Part shown: in pieces, positions 28,540-38,643 of the stretch
Numbering within the stretch: the stretch's first letter is position 1
Layout of the letters: each line of letters starts with the position of its first letter
Assembly: GCA_023267755.1 (NCBI GenBank)
Contig: JAHFMR010000003.1
Coordinates: forward strand, 7,315-71,314
Source of the DNA: a bacterium
GTDB taxonomy: Bacteria; Patescibacteriota; Minisyncoccia; Phycocordibacterales; Phycocordibacteraceae
Direction: 5' to 3'
DNA length: 64,000 nt
Made by a program: the position numbers and the translations under genes
The notes under the pieces: model-generated
What the model was told of the DNA's origin: nothing
Seen by the model: only the letters and a program-made list of their open reading frames with translations
Database searches by the model: none

Positions 28540-29804
28540 TGAATATACCTATGACCCTCGCAGAAGAACTGAAGGGGCGCGGATTGATTGATCATTTCTC
28601 CGCAGAGCCGGAACTGATACTCGGTACGCCGCGCACGGTGTATGTGGGTGTCGACCCAACTGCCGACTCGCTCCACGTCGGACATCTCGCGTGGGTCCTC
28701 CTGATGAAGCGCCTGGGTGGAGCGGGGCACAAGCTCTTCTTCCTCGTAGGCGGCGGCACTGGGATGATTGGCGACCCTAAGGAGAAAGGGGAGCGCCCAA
28801 TGCTCGACGAAAAGACTGTCGCTAAGAATACTGCGGCACTCAAAACGCAGCTTAAGAAGATCCTCGGAGGCACCTCCTTCAAGATGGTCGACAATGCCGA
28901 CTGGCTGATGAGTGTGAAGCTAGTGCCATTCCTACGTGATGTGGGAAAGCACTTCACGGTGAACGATCTCGTGAAGCGCGACATCATCAAGAAGCGTCTG
29001 GAGACGCCCGACGAGAGTATCTCGTACACCGAGTTCACCTATTCACTCCTCCAGGGCTATGACTATCAGGTGCTCCACGAGAAGTACGGCGTCGATCTCG
29101 AGATTGGCGGCTCTGACCAGTGGACGAACATCCTCTCGGGCGTCGATCTCATCCGCAAGCGTCTCGGGAAGCAGGTCTTCGCACTCGGAGTGCCGCTCGT
29201 CACCGACGCCGCAGGGAAGAAGTTTGGTAAGAGCGAGGGGAACGCTATCTGGCTCGACGCCAGGAAGACGTCGCCCTTTAAGTTCTATCAGTTCTGGATT
29301 AATCTCCCCGATCAAGAACTCGAGAAATATCTCAAGGTCTATACCACTCTCCCGCTTTCTGAAATAAACGCACTAATGGAACTCCACCAACGAAATCCGG
29401 GCGAGCGCCAGGCTCAAGAGACGCTCGCGCGGCTCGTGACCGAGACAGTGCACGGCCCCGCCGCCACGGCTCAGGCCGCTGCTGCTTCTGACGCGCTCTT
29501 TGGCGATACACCCTTCCACGAGCTCTCGCGTGATGCCCGCGCGGTCGCACTCGCTGAAGCATCATCAGTTTCCCTATCAAGGTCGAACCTTGAAGCTGGG
29601 TACTCACTCGCTGAAGCGCTTGTGGCGGGCGGCCTCGCCACGAGCAAGGGGGATGCGCGTCGACTGATAGAGGGGAAGGGAATTACGCTCTCTGGTCTCC
29701 CTATCACCAACCCCGACCAGAAGCTCTATACGGGTGACCTGTCGGGCGGCTACGCTCTTGTGCGCAAAGGGAAGCAGGGCGTCCTGATTCTTGTTTTGAA
29801 ATAA
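28536..29804 (+). CDS. tyrS: Tyrosyl-tRNA synthetase
   Basis: HVGH (HIGH) and KFGKS (KMSKS) motifs, C-terminal S4-like domain. Confidence 0.95.
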   Translation: MMNIPMTLAEELKGRGLIDHFSAEPELILGTPRTVYVGVDPTADSLHVGHLAWVLLMKRLGGAGHKLFFLVGGGTGMIGDPKEKGERPMLDEKTVAKNTAALKTQLKKILGGTSFKMVDNADWLMSVKLVPFLRDVGKHFTVNDLVKRDIIKKRLETPDESISYTEFTYSLLQGYDYQVLHEKYGVDLEIGGSDQWTNILSGVDLIRKRLGKQVFALGVPLVTDAAGKKFGKSEGNAIWLDARKTSPFKFYQFWINLPDQELEKYLKVYTTLPLSEINALMELHQRNPGERQAQETLARLVTETVHGPAATAQAAAASDALFGDTPFHELSRDARAVALAEASSVSLSRSNLEAGYSLAEALVAGGLATSKGDARRLIEGKGITLSGLPITNPDQKLYTGDLSGGYALVRKGKQGVLILVLK

Positions 29805-29840
29805 CTGCCGCTTTCGGCTATAGTGAGTAAGTTATCACCT

Positions 29841-29923
29841 GCGTCGGTGGTAGAGTGGTCAATTACAACAGGCTGTAAACCTGTCGGCTTCGGCCTACGA
29901 AGGTTCGAATCCTTCCCGGCGCA
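29841..29923 (+). tRNA. tRNA-Tyr (anticodon GTA), long variable arm
   Basis: Hand-folded cloverleaf: acceptor gcgtcgg/ccggcgc, anticodon loop cuGUAaa, T-loop GGTTCGAATCC, discriminator A; no encoded CCA. Confidence 0.8.
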
Positions 29924-30039
29924 CAAAATAAGCGGAGCGCATTTTGTGCGCCGGAGCACGCTTGGGATACTTGTGCTATCTAACCTGTTGTGGTATAGTT
30001 CTCCCCGGTCAGTTTCGGCCTGTTCATTGGAGAGAAAGC

Positions 30040-30333
30040 ATGTCTGCATTGGATGGCGTCACTTGTATCACTCCGGCAAATGTCGGCCTCTGGATTAAGA
30101 AAGCAGAAACGAGGAAGCGCGTGCCGAGAAGCAGGCACTTGTCGATCGTCATGGTTAACATCACGACGAAAGAGCAGGAGACACTCCCGGTCATCTCCCG
30201 TATCGGCGATGTGGAAGTTACTGCTGCAATGGTGGAGCGCGACATCGCTGCGTTGAACTATCACTGCGGCGTGCACGGCTACACGGGCGAGAAGTTGCCG
30301 AAGAGACATCTCGCCTTCAAGAGCCTCGCCTAA
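30040..30333 (+). CDS. Hypothetical protein (orphan next to tRNA-Tyr)
   Basis: RBS GGAGAGAAAG, possible promoter TTGTGC-17-TATAGT at about 29975-30003, strong terminator downstream. Confidence 0.45.
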   Translation: MSALDGVTCITPANVGLWIKKAETRKRVPRSRHLSIVMVNITTKEQETLPVISRIGDVEVTAAMVERDIAALNYHCGVHGYTGEKLPKRHLAFKSLA

Positions 30334-30352
30334 GCGAGAGCCGTGCCGTATC

Positions 30353-30393
30353 GAAGCCATCGGACAGTTTCTGTCCGATGGCTTCATCTTTTT
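30353..30393 (+). terminator. Rho-independent terminator
   Basis: 14-bp perfect stem gaagccatcggaca / tgtccgatggcttc followed by ATCTTTTT. Confidence 0.65.
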
Positions 30394-30427
30394 GTAGGAA
30401 AGTAGGCAATCATGATATCGTGCCACT

Positions 30428-31504
30428 ATGGATTTCCTTTACCAGCACGCGTTGAAGCCAATCTTGTTTAAGTTCCACCCCGACCTGATGCACGACCTCT
30501 TCGTGAATATCGGTGAACTCGTCGGGCGGTTCGCGCCACTGCGCGTGCTCTTTGGCTCCTTCTATAACTATCACGGCACAGACATCAGCAAGGCGGTCGA
30601 CGGCATCACCTATCGTACGCCGATCATCCTCTCTGCCGGCTTTGACGCCGACGGTCGACTCACTCAGATACTCCCCACGCTCGCCTTTGGCGGAGAAGAA
30701 ATCGGCTCCGTCACTGCGCACCCCTGCGAGGGCAACCCGAAGCCGCACTTGAAGCGACTCATCCGCAATAAGAGCATCGTGGTCTATAAGGGCCTGCGGA
30801 ACGCGGGTGTCGATGCGCTTATCAAGAAGCTCGCGCGGACACTGCGCATCCCCGGCTTCGTACTCGGTATCTCAATAGCGCGCACCAACGAGCCAGAATC
30901 CTCGACCGACGTGGAGGCGGGTATCCGCGACTATGTCGACTCCTTCAAGAAGCTGAACGCTACCCATACTGGCGATTACTACACCATTAATATTTCCTGT
31001 CCGAACGCGTATACCGGCGAGACATTTATCGACCCAGCCCTTTTCGCACAGCTGATGCCGCGCCTCGCCGAGGTGCCGCACACCAAGCCGGTCTATATCA
31101 AGATGCCTATCAATATCCCTTGGGAACAATTCGAGAAGCTGCTCGCCATCGCCGACGAGAACGCCGCGCAGGGCGTCATCATCGGCAATTTAAATAAGAA
31201 TTATACCCACCTCACCTATCCGGAGGACGCTCCTAAGGAGTTCCGTGGCGGACTCTCCGGTAGACCGACCTTCGCTCTCTCAAACGAGCTCATCCGCAAG
31301 ACCCGCGAGAGGTATGGGAAGCGCTTCACGATTATCGGCACAGGAGGTATCTTCACACCCGAAGATGCGCTCGCCAAGTTTGCCGCTGGCGCTGACCTCG
31401 TCCAGCTCGTCTCGGGGATGATCTTCGAGGGGCCGGGGCTTATGCGCGCTATCTGCGAGCGATATGCCCAGTATCACAACAGCGGAGCGGGCGTGGTATC
31501 GTAG
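30428..31504 (+). CDS. pyrD: Dihydroorotate dehydrogenase (quinone), class 2
   Basis: Co-linear with E. coli PyrD (GLSGRP, IIGTGGI motifs, N-terminal membrane-association region). Confidence 0.9.
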   Translation: MDFLYQHALKPILFKFHPDLMHDLFVNIGELVGRFAPLRVLFGSFYNYHGTDISKAVDGITYRTPIILSAGFDADGRLTQILPTLAFGGEEIGSVTAHPCEGNPKPHLKRLIRNKSIVVYKGLRNAGVDALIKKLARTLRIPGFVLGISIARTNEPESSTDVEAGIRDYVDSFKKLNATHTGDYYTINISCPNAYTGETFIDPALFAQLMPRLAEVPHTKPVYIKMPINIPWEQFEKLLAIADENAAQGVIIGNLNKNYTHLTYPEDAPKEFRGGLSGRPTFALSNELIRKTRERYGKRFTIIGTGGIFTPEDALAKFAAGADLVQLVSGMIFEGPGLMRAICERYAQYHNSGAGVVS

Positions 31505-31508
31505 TGTA

Positions 31509-32465
31509 ATGACCTCACAACCTGTCCTCGTCTCTGGCGTGAAGCCGACCGGCGACCTCCATATCGGTAACTACTTTGGCGCGATGCGCCAATTTGTCGA
31601 CCTCGTGGCGAGCGGGAAGTATCGCCCCTTCATCTTCGTCGCCGACTATCACGCGCTCAACACGATGCAAGACGCCGAGGAGATGCGCCGTCGCACCCGC
31701 GAGCTAGTAATGGCGTATCTGGCTATCGGCCTCGATCCAGAGAAAGTGGTCTTCTTCAAACAATCAGATGTGCCCGCGCACACCGAGCTCGCGTGGATCT
31801 TTGACACTATTACCACGATGCCGTACCTGATGCGTGCGCACGCCTACAAAGATGCTGAGGCCAAGAATAAAGAGATCTCGGTGGGCACTTTCAACTATCC
31901 GCTCCTGATGGCTGCCGATATCCTCCTCTATGACGCCTCTATCGTCCCGGTGGGTGCTGATCAGAAACAGCACGTGGAGTACACGCGCGACACAGCGGAG
32001 AAGTTTAATCGCGTTTTCAATACCGATCTCTTCAAGCTCCCCGAAGCCCACATTATGCCCGACGTCGCTGTGGTCCCCGGCACCGACGGGCAGAAGATGA
32101 GCAAGAGCCACGGGAACGTCATCCCGCTCTTTTGCACCCGTGACGAACTCGCTAAGGCGGTGATGAGTATCGTCACCGACTCGAGTGGAGAACGCCCGAA
32201 AAATGTCTACGCGATACACAAGCTGGTACGCAGTGAGCAGGAGCTAGAGCAGATATATACTGAACACCAAGGGAATTACAAACTCTTGAAAGAGCTCCTT
32301 ATCGAAGACCTCGACCGCTATCTCGCGCCGATTCGCGCCAAGTATGAGTCACTTAAAGAGGATCCGACCATCGTCGAGCGGGTGCTCGAGGCAGGGAAGC
32401 GCGAAGCACGTGCGGTAAGCGAGACCAAGATGGAGCAGGTGCGCAAGGCAATCGGCGTCGCGTAG
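31509..32465 (+). CDS. trpS: Tryptophanyl-tRNA synthetase
   Basis: HIGN and KMSKS motifs; start chosen after the pyrD stop. Confidence 0.9.
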   Translation: MTSQPVLVSGVKPTGDLHIGNYFGAMRQFVDLVASGKYRPFIFVADYHALNTMQDAEEMRRRTRELVMAYLAIGLDPEKVVFFKQSDVPAHTELAWIFDTITTMPYLMRAHAYKDAEAKNKEISVGTFNYPLLMAADILLYDASIVPVGADQKQHVEYTRDTAEKFNRVFNTDLFKLPEAHIMPDVAVVPGTDGQKMSKSHGNVIPLFCTRDELAKAVMSIVTDSSGERPKNVYAIHKLVRSEQELEQIYTEHQGNYKLLKELLIEDLDRYLAPIRAKYESLKEDPTIVERVLEAGKREARAVSETKMEQVRKAIGVA

Positions 32466-32562
32466 AAATCCTGTCCAGCAGATTTGACTTTTGATATAGG
32501 ACGTGTTACGGTAGTCCCGGACCCAATTCTGGGAAATTGAAAACTGACAAAGGAGGCAGCTA

Positions 32563-33522
32563 ATGCCAAGCAATACGTTCTACGCCGACTCGATGGCGTT
32601 TCTGGCCTTCCAAGGCCAACCGCCCATCTTCGATTCAGCACATCGTCCGCAACTCTCGCTGGCACACGTGACAAGCGTGCCTCCGATTCCTGCGATGCTT
32701 GATTGCGACGCGGCTCTCGCGGCGCATATCAAGTTCACACAGGAGGTACTGTCCAACGCGGACACATATCTGATCAGGAGCCGTAAGAATCTCGACTCTC
32801 GTTCAGGACTCGGCGTCTTGCTCGGTATGCAGCATGCGCCACACGGACTCACGTTCAATCGTGTACAAGACCTGTTCGACTGCGGTGTTCGCGTTATGTC
32901 GCTGGTCTACGGCGGCAAGAGCGACTACGGCTCGGGCTCTGGTGTCGAAGGGGGCCTCACCGACCAAGGGAAGCAGCTCATCCTTTGGATGACCGTGAAC
33001 GAGCTGATTCTCGACCTCTCGCACGCGAACAGTCAAACGGCAAACGAGTCGCTTGACTTCATCCTGCGCCAAAAGCTGGCAATCAGCGTGATGGCCAGCC
33101 ATTCAGGGATTTCTTCAGTCCATCCGCATCCGCGGAATCTGGATGACGAGGTTCCCCGGAAGATATTTCTTCTCGATGGCTATATCGGTGTCCCGGCTAT
33201 GAACTTCATGCTTGGCGAGACCACGATGAGGATGCATATCAACCACATCATCAGCTGGTGCGATGAAAACTGTGTCGGCATCGGCTCGGACTGTCCGCAC
33301 GTCGATATCACGATGGAGCAGGCACGCGAGCAGTACGACCGAATGGTCGCTATGCTCAAGGGGAACATTCCGCAAGGGGTATCATTCCCTGACCGGGCAC
33401 CCAGGCTGATCGAGCACGGCGGCAGTTTGTTCAAGCAGCTGCGCAAGACGATGGCCGATGTTCCTGACGCCGTGTTCGGTCAGAACTTCAAGAACTTCCT
33501 CATCCGTTCCTTACCGCGATAA
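32563..33522 (+). CDS. Membrane dipeptidase (peptidase M19) family protein
   Basis: M19-like motifs LDLSHAN, VMASHSG, PRNLDDE; canonical SD AAAGGAGG; the first His-x-Asp appears substituted. Confidence 0.6.
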   Translation: MPSNTFYADSMAFLAFQGQPPIFDSAHRPQLSLAHVTSVPPIPAMLDCDAALAAHIKFTQEVLSNADTYLIRSRKNLDSRSGLGVLLGMQHAPHGLTFNRVQDLFDCGVRVMSLVYGGKSDYGSGSGVEGGLTDQGKQLILWMTVNELILDLSHANSQTANESLDFILRQKLAISVMASHSGISSVHPHPRNLDDEVPRKIFLLDGYIGVPAMNFMLGETTMRMHINHIISWCDENCVGIGSDCPHVDITMEQAREQYDRMVAMLKGNIPQGVSFPDRAPRLIEHGGSLFKQLRKTMADVPDAVFGQNFKNFLIRSLPR

Positions 33523-33544
33523 CAGGAGGTATCGCTCTCATTCT

Positions 33545-33578
33545 CACCCCGCAAAAGATCGCGGGGTGTGTTATTTTA
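33545..33578 (+). terminator. Rho-independent terminator
   Basis: caccccgc / gcggggtg stem followed by a T-rich tail. Confidence 0.5.
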
Positions 33579-33586
33579 TAGGGTAT

Positions 33587-34933
33587 ATGGAGAGAACAAC
33601 GACAGTGATGCTGGGAGAGAATATCGGCAAGACGGTCTCTATTGCCGGCACGGTAGATATCCGCCGCGACCACGGGAAGCTCGTCTTCCTCGATATCCGC
33701 GACCGCTCGGGGAAGGTGCAGGCTGTCTGCCTCCCGAATCATCCCGAGGCACTCGCCACGGCCCAGACACTCCGCAGCGAATGGGTCGTTAGGATAGAGG
33801 GCGTCGTAAACGAGCGCCCCGAGAAGATGCGCACCGAGGGCACCAATGGCAATATCGAGCTCGAGGCTACTACAATCACCGTCCTCGCACAGGCACAAGA
33901 ATTACCATTTGAGAAAGACACAGCGGTCAACTTGGATACCTATCTCGACTATCTCCCACTCACGCTCCGAAGCGAGAAGGCGCGTGCCGTCTTCCGTGTG
34001 CAGGCCGAGATTGTAAACGCGTATCGCGGCTTCCTCGATCTCCAAGGCTTCACCGAGTTCCAAGCACCTAAGCTTATCGGTGACGACGCTGAGGGTGGCG
34101 CAAACGTCTTCTCGGTACCCTATTTTAATGATAAGACCGCACATCTGGGTACCTCGCCGCAGTTCTACAAGCAGATTATGGTCGGCGTTCTCGAGCGCGT
34201 CTACGCTATTGGTAATGTCTACCGCGCCGAGAAGCACTCCACCACCCGCCACTTAAACGAGTACACCTCGATGGATATCGAGATGGGCTTTATTGAGGAC
34301 CACCGCGACCTGATGGAGCTCGAGACGCGCTTGATGCACGCGCTTATTAACCAGCTGAAGATGAATTGCGCGGGTGAGTTTAAGCTCCTCGGCGCCACAC
34401 TCCCGACCGCGCCCGACACCTTCCCGGTGTTGAAGCTCCGCGAGGCGCTCGAGCTTATCTACCAAGAGACGGGCCGCGACAATCGTGGCGAGCCTGATCT
34501 CGAGCCTGAGGACGAGCGTTGGCTAAGCGAGTGGGCAGCGAAAGAGAAGGGAAGTGACTTTATATTCATCACGCACTATCCAGTTGCGAAGCGTCCGATG
34601 TATACGATGGAAGACGAGTCCGACCCAGGCTACACCAAGAGCTTCGACCTTCTCTTCCGCGGCGTCGAGATAACCACCGGCGGACAACGCCGCCATAACT
34701 ACGACAATCTCGTGGAGGGGATTAAGTCCAAGGGGCTCGACCCAGAGAAGTTCTCTTATTATCTCCAGGCCTTCAAATATGGAATGCCACCGCACGGCGG
34801 GTGGGGGATGGGCCTCGAACGCCTCACGCAGAAGATGCTCGGTCTTGGTAACGTGAAGGAGGCTACGCTCTTCCCACGCGATATTAATCGCATCGACCAG
34901 CTTCTCTCGACCCCGTCCGAGAATGAAGCTTAG
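33587..34933 (+). CDS. aspS: Aspartyl-tRNA synthetase, short (archaeal/eukaryal-type) class IIb
   Basis: N-terminal OB fold, SPQ(F)YKQ loop, class II motifs; 448 aa. Confidence 0.8.
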   Translation: MERTTTVMLGENIGKTVSIAGTVDIRRDHGKLVFLDIRDRSGKVQAVCLPNHPEALATAQTLRSEWVVRIEGVVNERPEKMRTEGTNGNIELEATTITVLAQAQELPFEKDTAVNLDTYLDYLPLTLRSEKARAVFRVQAEIVNAYRGFLDLQGFTEFQAPKLIGDDAEGGANVFSVPYFNDKTAHLGTSPQFYKQIMVGVLERVYAIGNVYRAEKHSTTRHLNEYTSMDIEMGFIEDHRDLMELETRLMHALINQLKMNCAGEFKLLGATLPTAPDTFPVLKLREALELIYQETGRDNRGEPDLEPEDERWLSEWAAKEKGSDFIFITHYPVAKRPMYTMEDESDPGYTKSFDLLFRGVEITTGGQRRHNYDNLVEGIKSKGLDPEKFSYYLQAFKYGMPPHGGWGMGLERLTQKMLGLGNVKEATLFPRDINRIDQLLSTPSENEA

Positions 34934-34937
34934 TACT

Positions 34938-36350
34938 ATGAAGATCCTCGTGAAGAAGGGGGATGTTACAGACGCACCAGTAGGGTATGTGCGCATCTGC
35001 TTCACTGATAAGCCAAAGGGAGTAAAACGTTTTATAAAAGAGAAGGGGGTAGAGACACTCGAGATAGGTATCGGCAAGCCCGCAGAGATGAACGTGCGGA
35101 AGTTTATCATCCTCTGCCGCGCTGTCGTGAATGTTGCGAAGACGAATACATGTAAGAAGATTGCGGTGCAATTTGATCAAAATCTCTTTACGAATCTCCA
35201 AGCTGTCGCGCCTGCGCGTCTTGCTCAACTTATGGCAGAGAATTTTGAAATGGCGAACTTCGAGTTCAACGCCTTCAAGACCAAGCCGAAGGAGGGGTGG
35301 GATACGGTGGAGGAGATTCTCGTCTTTGCGCCTGACGTCCGCGAAGTTACTGCGGCTGTGCAGAAGGGATTAGAAATCGGTCGTGCGATAAACGCCTGCC
35401 GCACGCTCGCAAACACGCCTGGCGGCGATATGACGCCGACGCTCCTCGCCAAAGCGGCGCGAGCCGCGGTAAAAGGGCTCCCCGTCACGGTCACCACGCT
35501 TGGCGTTAAGGAGATGCAGAAGCTCGGTATGGGGGCGGTCCTCGGCGTCGCCAAGGGCTCGAGCGAAGCACCAACCTTCACTATCCTCAAGTACCAAGGA
35601 GGGAAGGGGAAACCCGTTGTTCTTGTTGGTAAAGGCGTCACTTTCGACAGCGGCGGACTCAACTTGAAGTCCTCGAACTCTATCTATGAGATGCATATGG
35701 ATATGTCGGGCGGTGCAGCCGTCATCCACGCGGTCGCGCTCGCCGCGCGGCTAAAGCTGAAGTGCTCGGTCGTCGGTCTTATCCCCGCGGTCGAGAATAT
35801 GCCGGGCAACAACGCGGTACGTCCGGGCGACGTTCTCACTTCACTCTCTAAGAAGACCATCGAAGTGCTCGACACCGACGCCGAGGGACGCCTCATCCTC
35901 GCTGATGCGCTCACCTACGCGAAGCGCTTTGATCCCGCAGTCGTTATCGACGCCGCCACGCTCACTGGGGCGGCGATGATAGCACTCGGGCTCCACGCGA
36001 GTGCTCTCATCACTCGCGACGACACGCTTGCACAAGAGCTCGCTGAAGCGGGCGAGTCTTCGGGCGACTATGTGTGGCGACTCCCGCTCTGGGATGAATA
36101 TGCGGATCGGGTGAAGGGTACTTTTGCTGATTTAAAAAATGTCCCGGGTGGGTCGACAAGCCGCTACGGCGGGTCGATAGATGGCGGGATGTTCCTCTGG
36201 CAATTCGCCAAGGAGCTCGATTGCCCCTGGGCGCATCTCGATATCGCACCGCGTATGACAGCGGCGCCCGGAGATGAGCTCGCCGAGGGCGCCGCGGGTG
36301 AACCGGTACGACTCTTTTTCCGCTTTATCGAGGGGCGGTCGAAGCAATAA
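34938..36350 (+). CDS. pepA: Leucyl aminopeptidase (peptidase M17)
   Basis: NTDAEGRL signature and VGKGVTFDSGG; the start may instead be 34923. Confidence 0.85.
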   Translation: MKILVKKGDVTDAPVGYVRICFTDKPKGVKRFIKEKGVETLEIGIGKPAEMNVRKFIILCRAVVNVAKTNTCKKIAVQFDQNLFTNLQAVAPARLAQLMAENFEMANFEFNAFKTKPKEGWDTVEEILVFAPDVREVTAAVQKGLEIGRAINACRTLANTPGGDMTPTLLAKAARAAVKGLPVTVTTLGVKEMQKLGMGAVLGVAKGSSEAPTFTILKYQGGKGKPVVLVGKGVTFDSGGLNLKSSNSIYEMHMDMSGGAAVIHAVALAARLKLKCSVVGLIPAVENMPGNNAVRPGDVLTSLSKKTIEVLDTDAEGRLILADALTYAKRFDPAVVIDAATLTGAAMIALGLHASALITRDDTLAQELAEAGESSGDYVWRLPLWDEYADRVKGTFADLKNVPGGSTSRYGGSIDGGMFLWQFAKELDCPWAHLDIAPRMTAAPGDELAEGAAGEPVRLFFRFIEGRSKQ

Positions 36351-36356
36351 ACCGCT

Positions 36357-37079
36357 ATGCCATTTTCTATAAAAACAGATACCTACGAAGGACCGTTCGA
36401 GGTACTGCTCGACCTTATCGAGGCGCGCAAGCTCCTGGTCAATGAGTTCACGCTCGCAGACATCACCGAGGACTTTATCCAACACGTGCGCGCACAAGAA
36501 GCGTTCCCGGTAGAAGAGACAGCGAGCTTCATCCACATCGCGGCGACGCTTCTGCTTATCAAGTCGAAATCACTTATCCCTGACCTCATCCTCTCTGACG
36601 ACGAGAATGCCGATGTCGCCGATCTCGAGCGCCGACTCGCCGCCTATGAGAAGGTGCGCGAGGCCGCACGCGAGATCACACGCCTCTTCGGTAAGACGAT
36701 GATGGTGCCCGCGGGGGCTCGTATACCCGAGCCCGTCTTCTCGCCCGCGCGCGACCTTTCAGCCGCTGCGCTCGCCGAGGCGCTCGCGCGCGTCCTCGCT
36801 GCCCGCGAAGTGGTCGAGGCGCTACCCGAGGCACGCGTCAAGCCGCTCATCTCGATAGAGGAGATGATGGACCAGCTCGCCAAGCGAGTACAGAGCGCGA
36901 TGACTCTCTCCTTCAAAGATTTCCATGGGGGAACAAAAGAAAAAGTGGAGGTCATCGTCTCCTTCCTCGCACTCCTCGAGCTGGTGAAGCAGGGTGCGGT
37001 TGCCGCCGAACAATACGGCACTTATGGCGATATCCGCATCAGCCACACCGCCGCCGAGTCTGTCCCGCGATACGGTTAA
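36357..37079 (+). CDS. scpA: Segregation and condensation protein A
   Basis: ScpA N-terminus (FEGPFEVLLDLI). Confidence 0.85.
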   Translation: MPFSIKTDTYEGPFEVLLDLIEARKLLVNEFTLADITEDFIQHVRAQEAFPVEETASFIHIAATLLLIKSKSLIPDLILSDDENADVADLERRLAAYEKVREAAREITRLFGKTMMVPAGARIPEPVFSPARDLSAAALAEALARVLAAREVVEALPEARVKPLISIEEMMDQLAKRVQSAMTLSFKDFHGGTKEKVEVIVSFLALLELVKQGAVAAEQYGTYGDIRISHTAAESVPRYG

Positions 37080-37134
37080 ACATCCCCAAGACAGGGCGTT
37101 GCCGGAGAGGGGGTGCACGATTATACTAAGGAAG

Positions 37135-37689
37135 ATGCTTACGCCTCCTGCCGCCCTCCACGCACTCCTTTTCGCTTCAGGTGAGCCGCTCGAGAAGAAG
37201 CAATTGATCAAGCTCCTCGGGATTAAGGACGCCGAGCTCGCGCTCGTGACCAAGGCTCTGGTGAGCATAGTAAAAGGGAGTGGCACTGCACTTATAGAGA
37301 CCGCAGACGCACTCGAGCTACGCACCTCGCCCGAGGCGGCCCCCATAGTGAAGAAGCTCCGTGAGAGTGAGCTCTCGCGTGACTTGGGTAAGGCAAGCCT
37401 CGAGACGCTCGCGGTTATCGCCTATCAGACGGGTGCCTCGCGGGGCGAGGTAGACTGGGTGCGTGGTGTGAACTCTTCCACCTCGCTTCGCACCCTGCTT
37501 ATGCGCGGGCTCATAGAGGGGAGGGAAGACGAGCGCGACAAGCGCCGTATCCGTTATAGCCTCACGACCGAGGCGCTCGCTCACTTGGGGATTACGAACG
37601 CGAGTGAACTCCCGCGTGCTGAGGAGCTCCGCACCGGTGCGGAGGCGATTATCACCGAAGAAACGGCAGAAGCGGAGGCGGCTGCATAA
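37135..37689 (+). CDS. scpB: Segregation and condensation protein B
   Basis: ScpB winged-helix repeats; RBS AAGGAAG. Confidence 0.85.
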   Translation: MLTPPAALHALLFASGEPLEKKQLIKLLGIKDAELALVTKALVSIVKGSGTALIETADALELRTSPEAAPIVKKLRESELSRDLGKASLETLAVIAYQTGASRGEVDWVRGVNSSTSLRTLLMRGLIEGREDERDKRRIRYSLTTEALAHLGITNASELPRAEELRTGAEAIITEETAEAEAAA

Positions 37690-37692
37690 CCT

Positions 37693-38640
37693 ATGGACTC
37701 TTCCGAACTTCAGAAACTGGCCCAACACACTCGCTTTATGCGCGAGGCAGGCTTCGCGCTCCTTATCGCTTCCGGGTTCCTCGCAGTTCTCCTCTTCGTT
37801 CCGTTCGGAACAAAAGAAGCTCCCGTTGCGACCGCAACAATTACGGCTTCAACAACACCCGATGCTTTTGCTGCTGTTCCGCTCGAAGCAAAGGCTGCTG
37901 TCGTCTACGACCTCGTGACTGGCGAGACACTGTATGAAAAGAATCCTGATGCCCAGCTCCCACTCGCCTCGCTCACTAAGCTGCTCACCGTGTATGCAGC
38001 GCTCGCTGAACTCTCACCGAATACGCCTATTACTATCTCCGTTGCCGCTACAGGATCCGAAGCGCCGCACGCCTTTAATGCTGGACAGGTGTTCTCGCTC
38101 TCCGACCTCGCGCGTCTGACGCTCACTGCGTCACTAAATGATGGCGCCGCCGCGATTATTGAAGCGGCGGCAACGCGCCAGAACCGTACGGCTAATGAAG
38201 CGCTCGCGAGCGCGGCTACTGCGCTCGACCTCGCTCAGACCTACGCGGTCAATGGTAGCGGCCTCGATGCGAGCGAAGTTACCTCGGGCGGCTACGGATC
38301 CGCGCGTGACATCGCTCGCCTGGCCGGCGCACTGGTCGAGAAGGCTCCGGACATCGCCGCGGCAACAACAGAAGACACGGCCCGTGCTGTCTCTGCTGGT
38401 GGCACCGTCTTCACTGTGAAAAATACCGATCCTCTGACTGCAACTTTCCCGCATCTCCTCCTCTCCAAGACCGGTTACACGAGTCTTGCTGGCGGCAATC
38501 TCGCCCTCGTCTTTGATGCCGGTATCGGTCACCCTATCGCGGTCGTCGTCCTCGGCTCCTCGCAGAAAGCCCGCTTCACCGATGGAACTGCGCTCGTGAA
38601 CGCGACGCTTGCACACTTCGCCGGTGTCGCCTCGCTGTAA
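37693..38640 (+). CDS. dacA: D-alanyl-D-alanine carboxypeptidase (peptidase S11, PBP5-like)
   Basis: SxxK (ASLTKL), SxN and KTG(YT) motifs; N-terminal TM/signal. Confidence 0.75.
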   Translation: MDSSELQKLAQHTRFMREAGFALLIASGFLAVLLFVPFGTKEAPVATATITASTTPDAFAAVPLEAKAAVVYDLVTGETLYEKNPDAQLPLASLTKLLTVYAALAELSPNTPITISVAATGSEAPHAFNAGQVFSLSDLARLTLTASLNDGAAAIIEAAATRQNRTANEALASAATALDLAQTYAVNGSGLDASEVTSGGYGSARDIARLAGALVEKAPDIAAATTEDTARAVSAGGTVFTVKNTDPLTATFPHLLLSKTGYTSLAGGNLALVFDAGIGHPIAVVVLGSSQKARFTDGTALVNATLAHFAGVASL

Positions 38641-38643
38641 TCT

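Noticed and set aside
29924-30040. Integrated mobile element at tRNA-Tyr
   Set aside because: No integrase, recombinase or direct repeat of the tRNA 3' end is visible. Only a single small ORF is present, so it is kept as an orphan cassette rather than called a mobile element.
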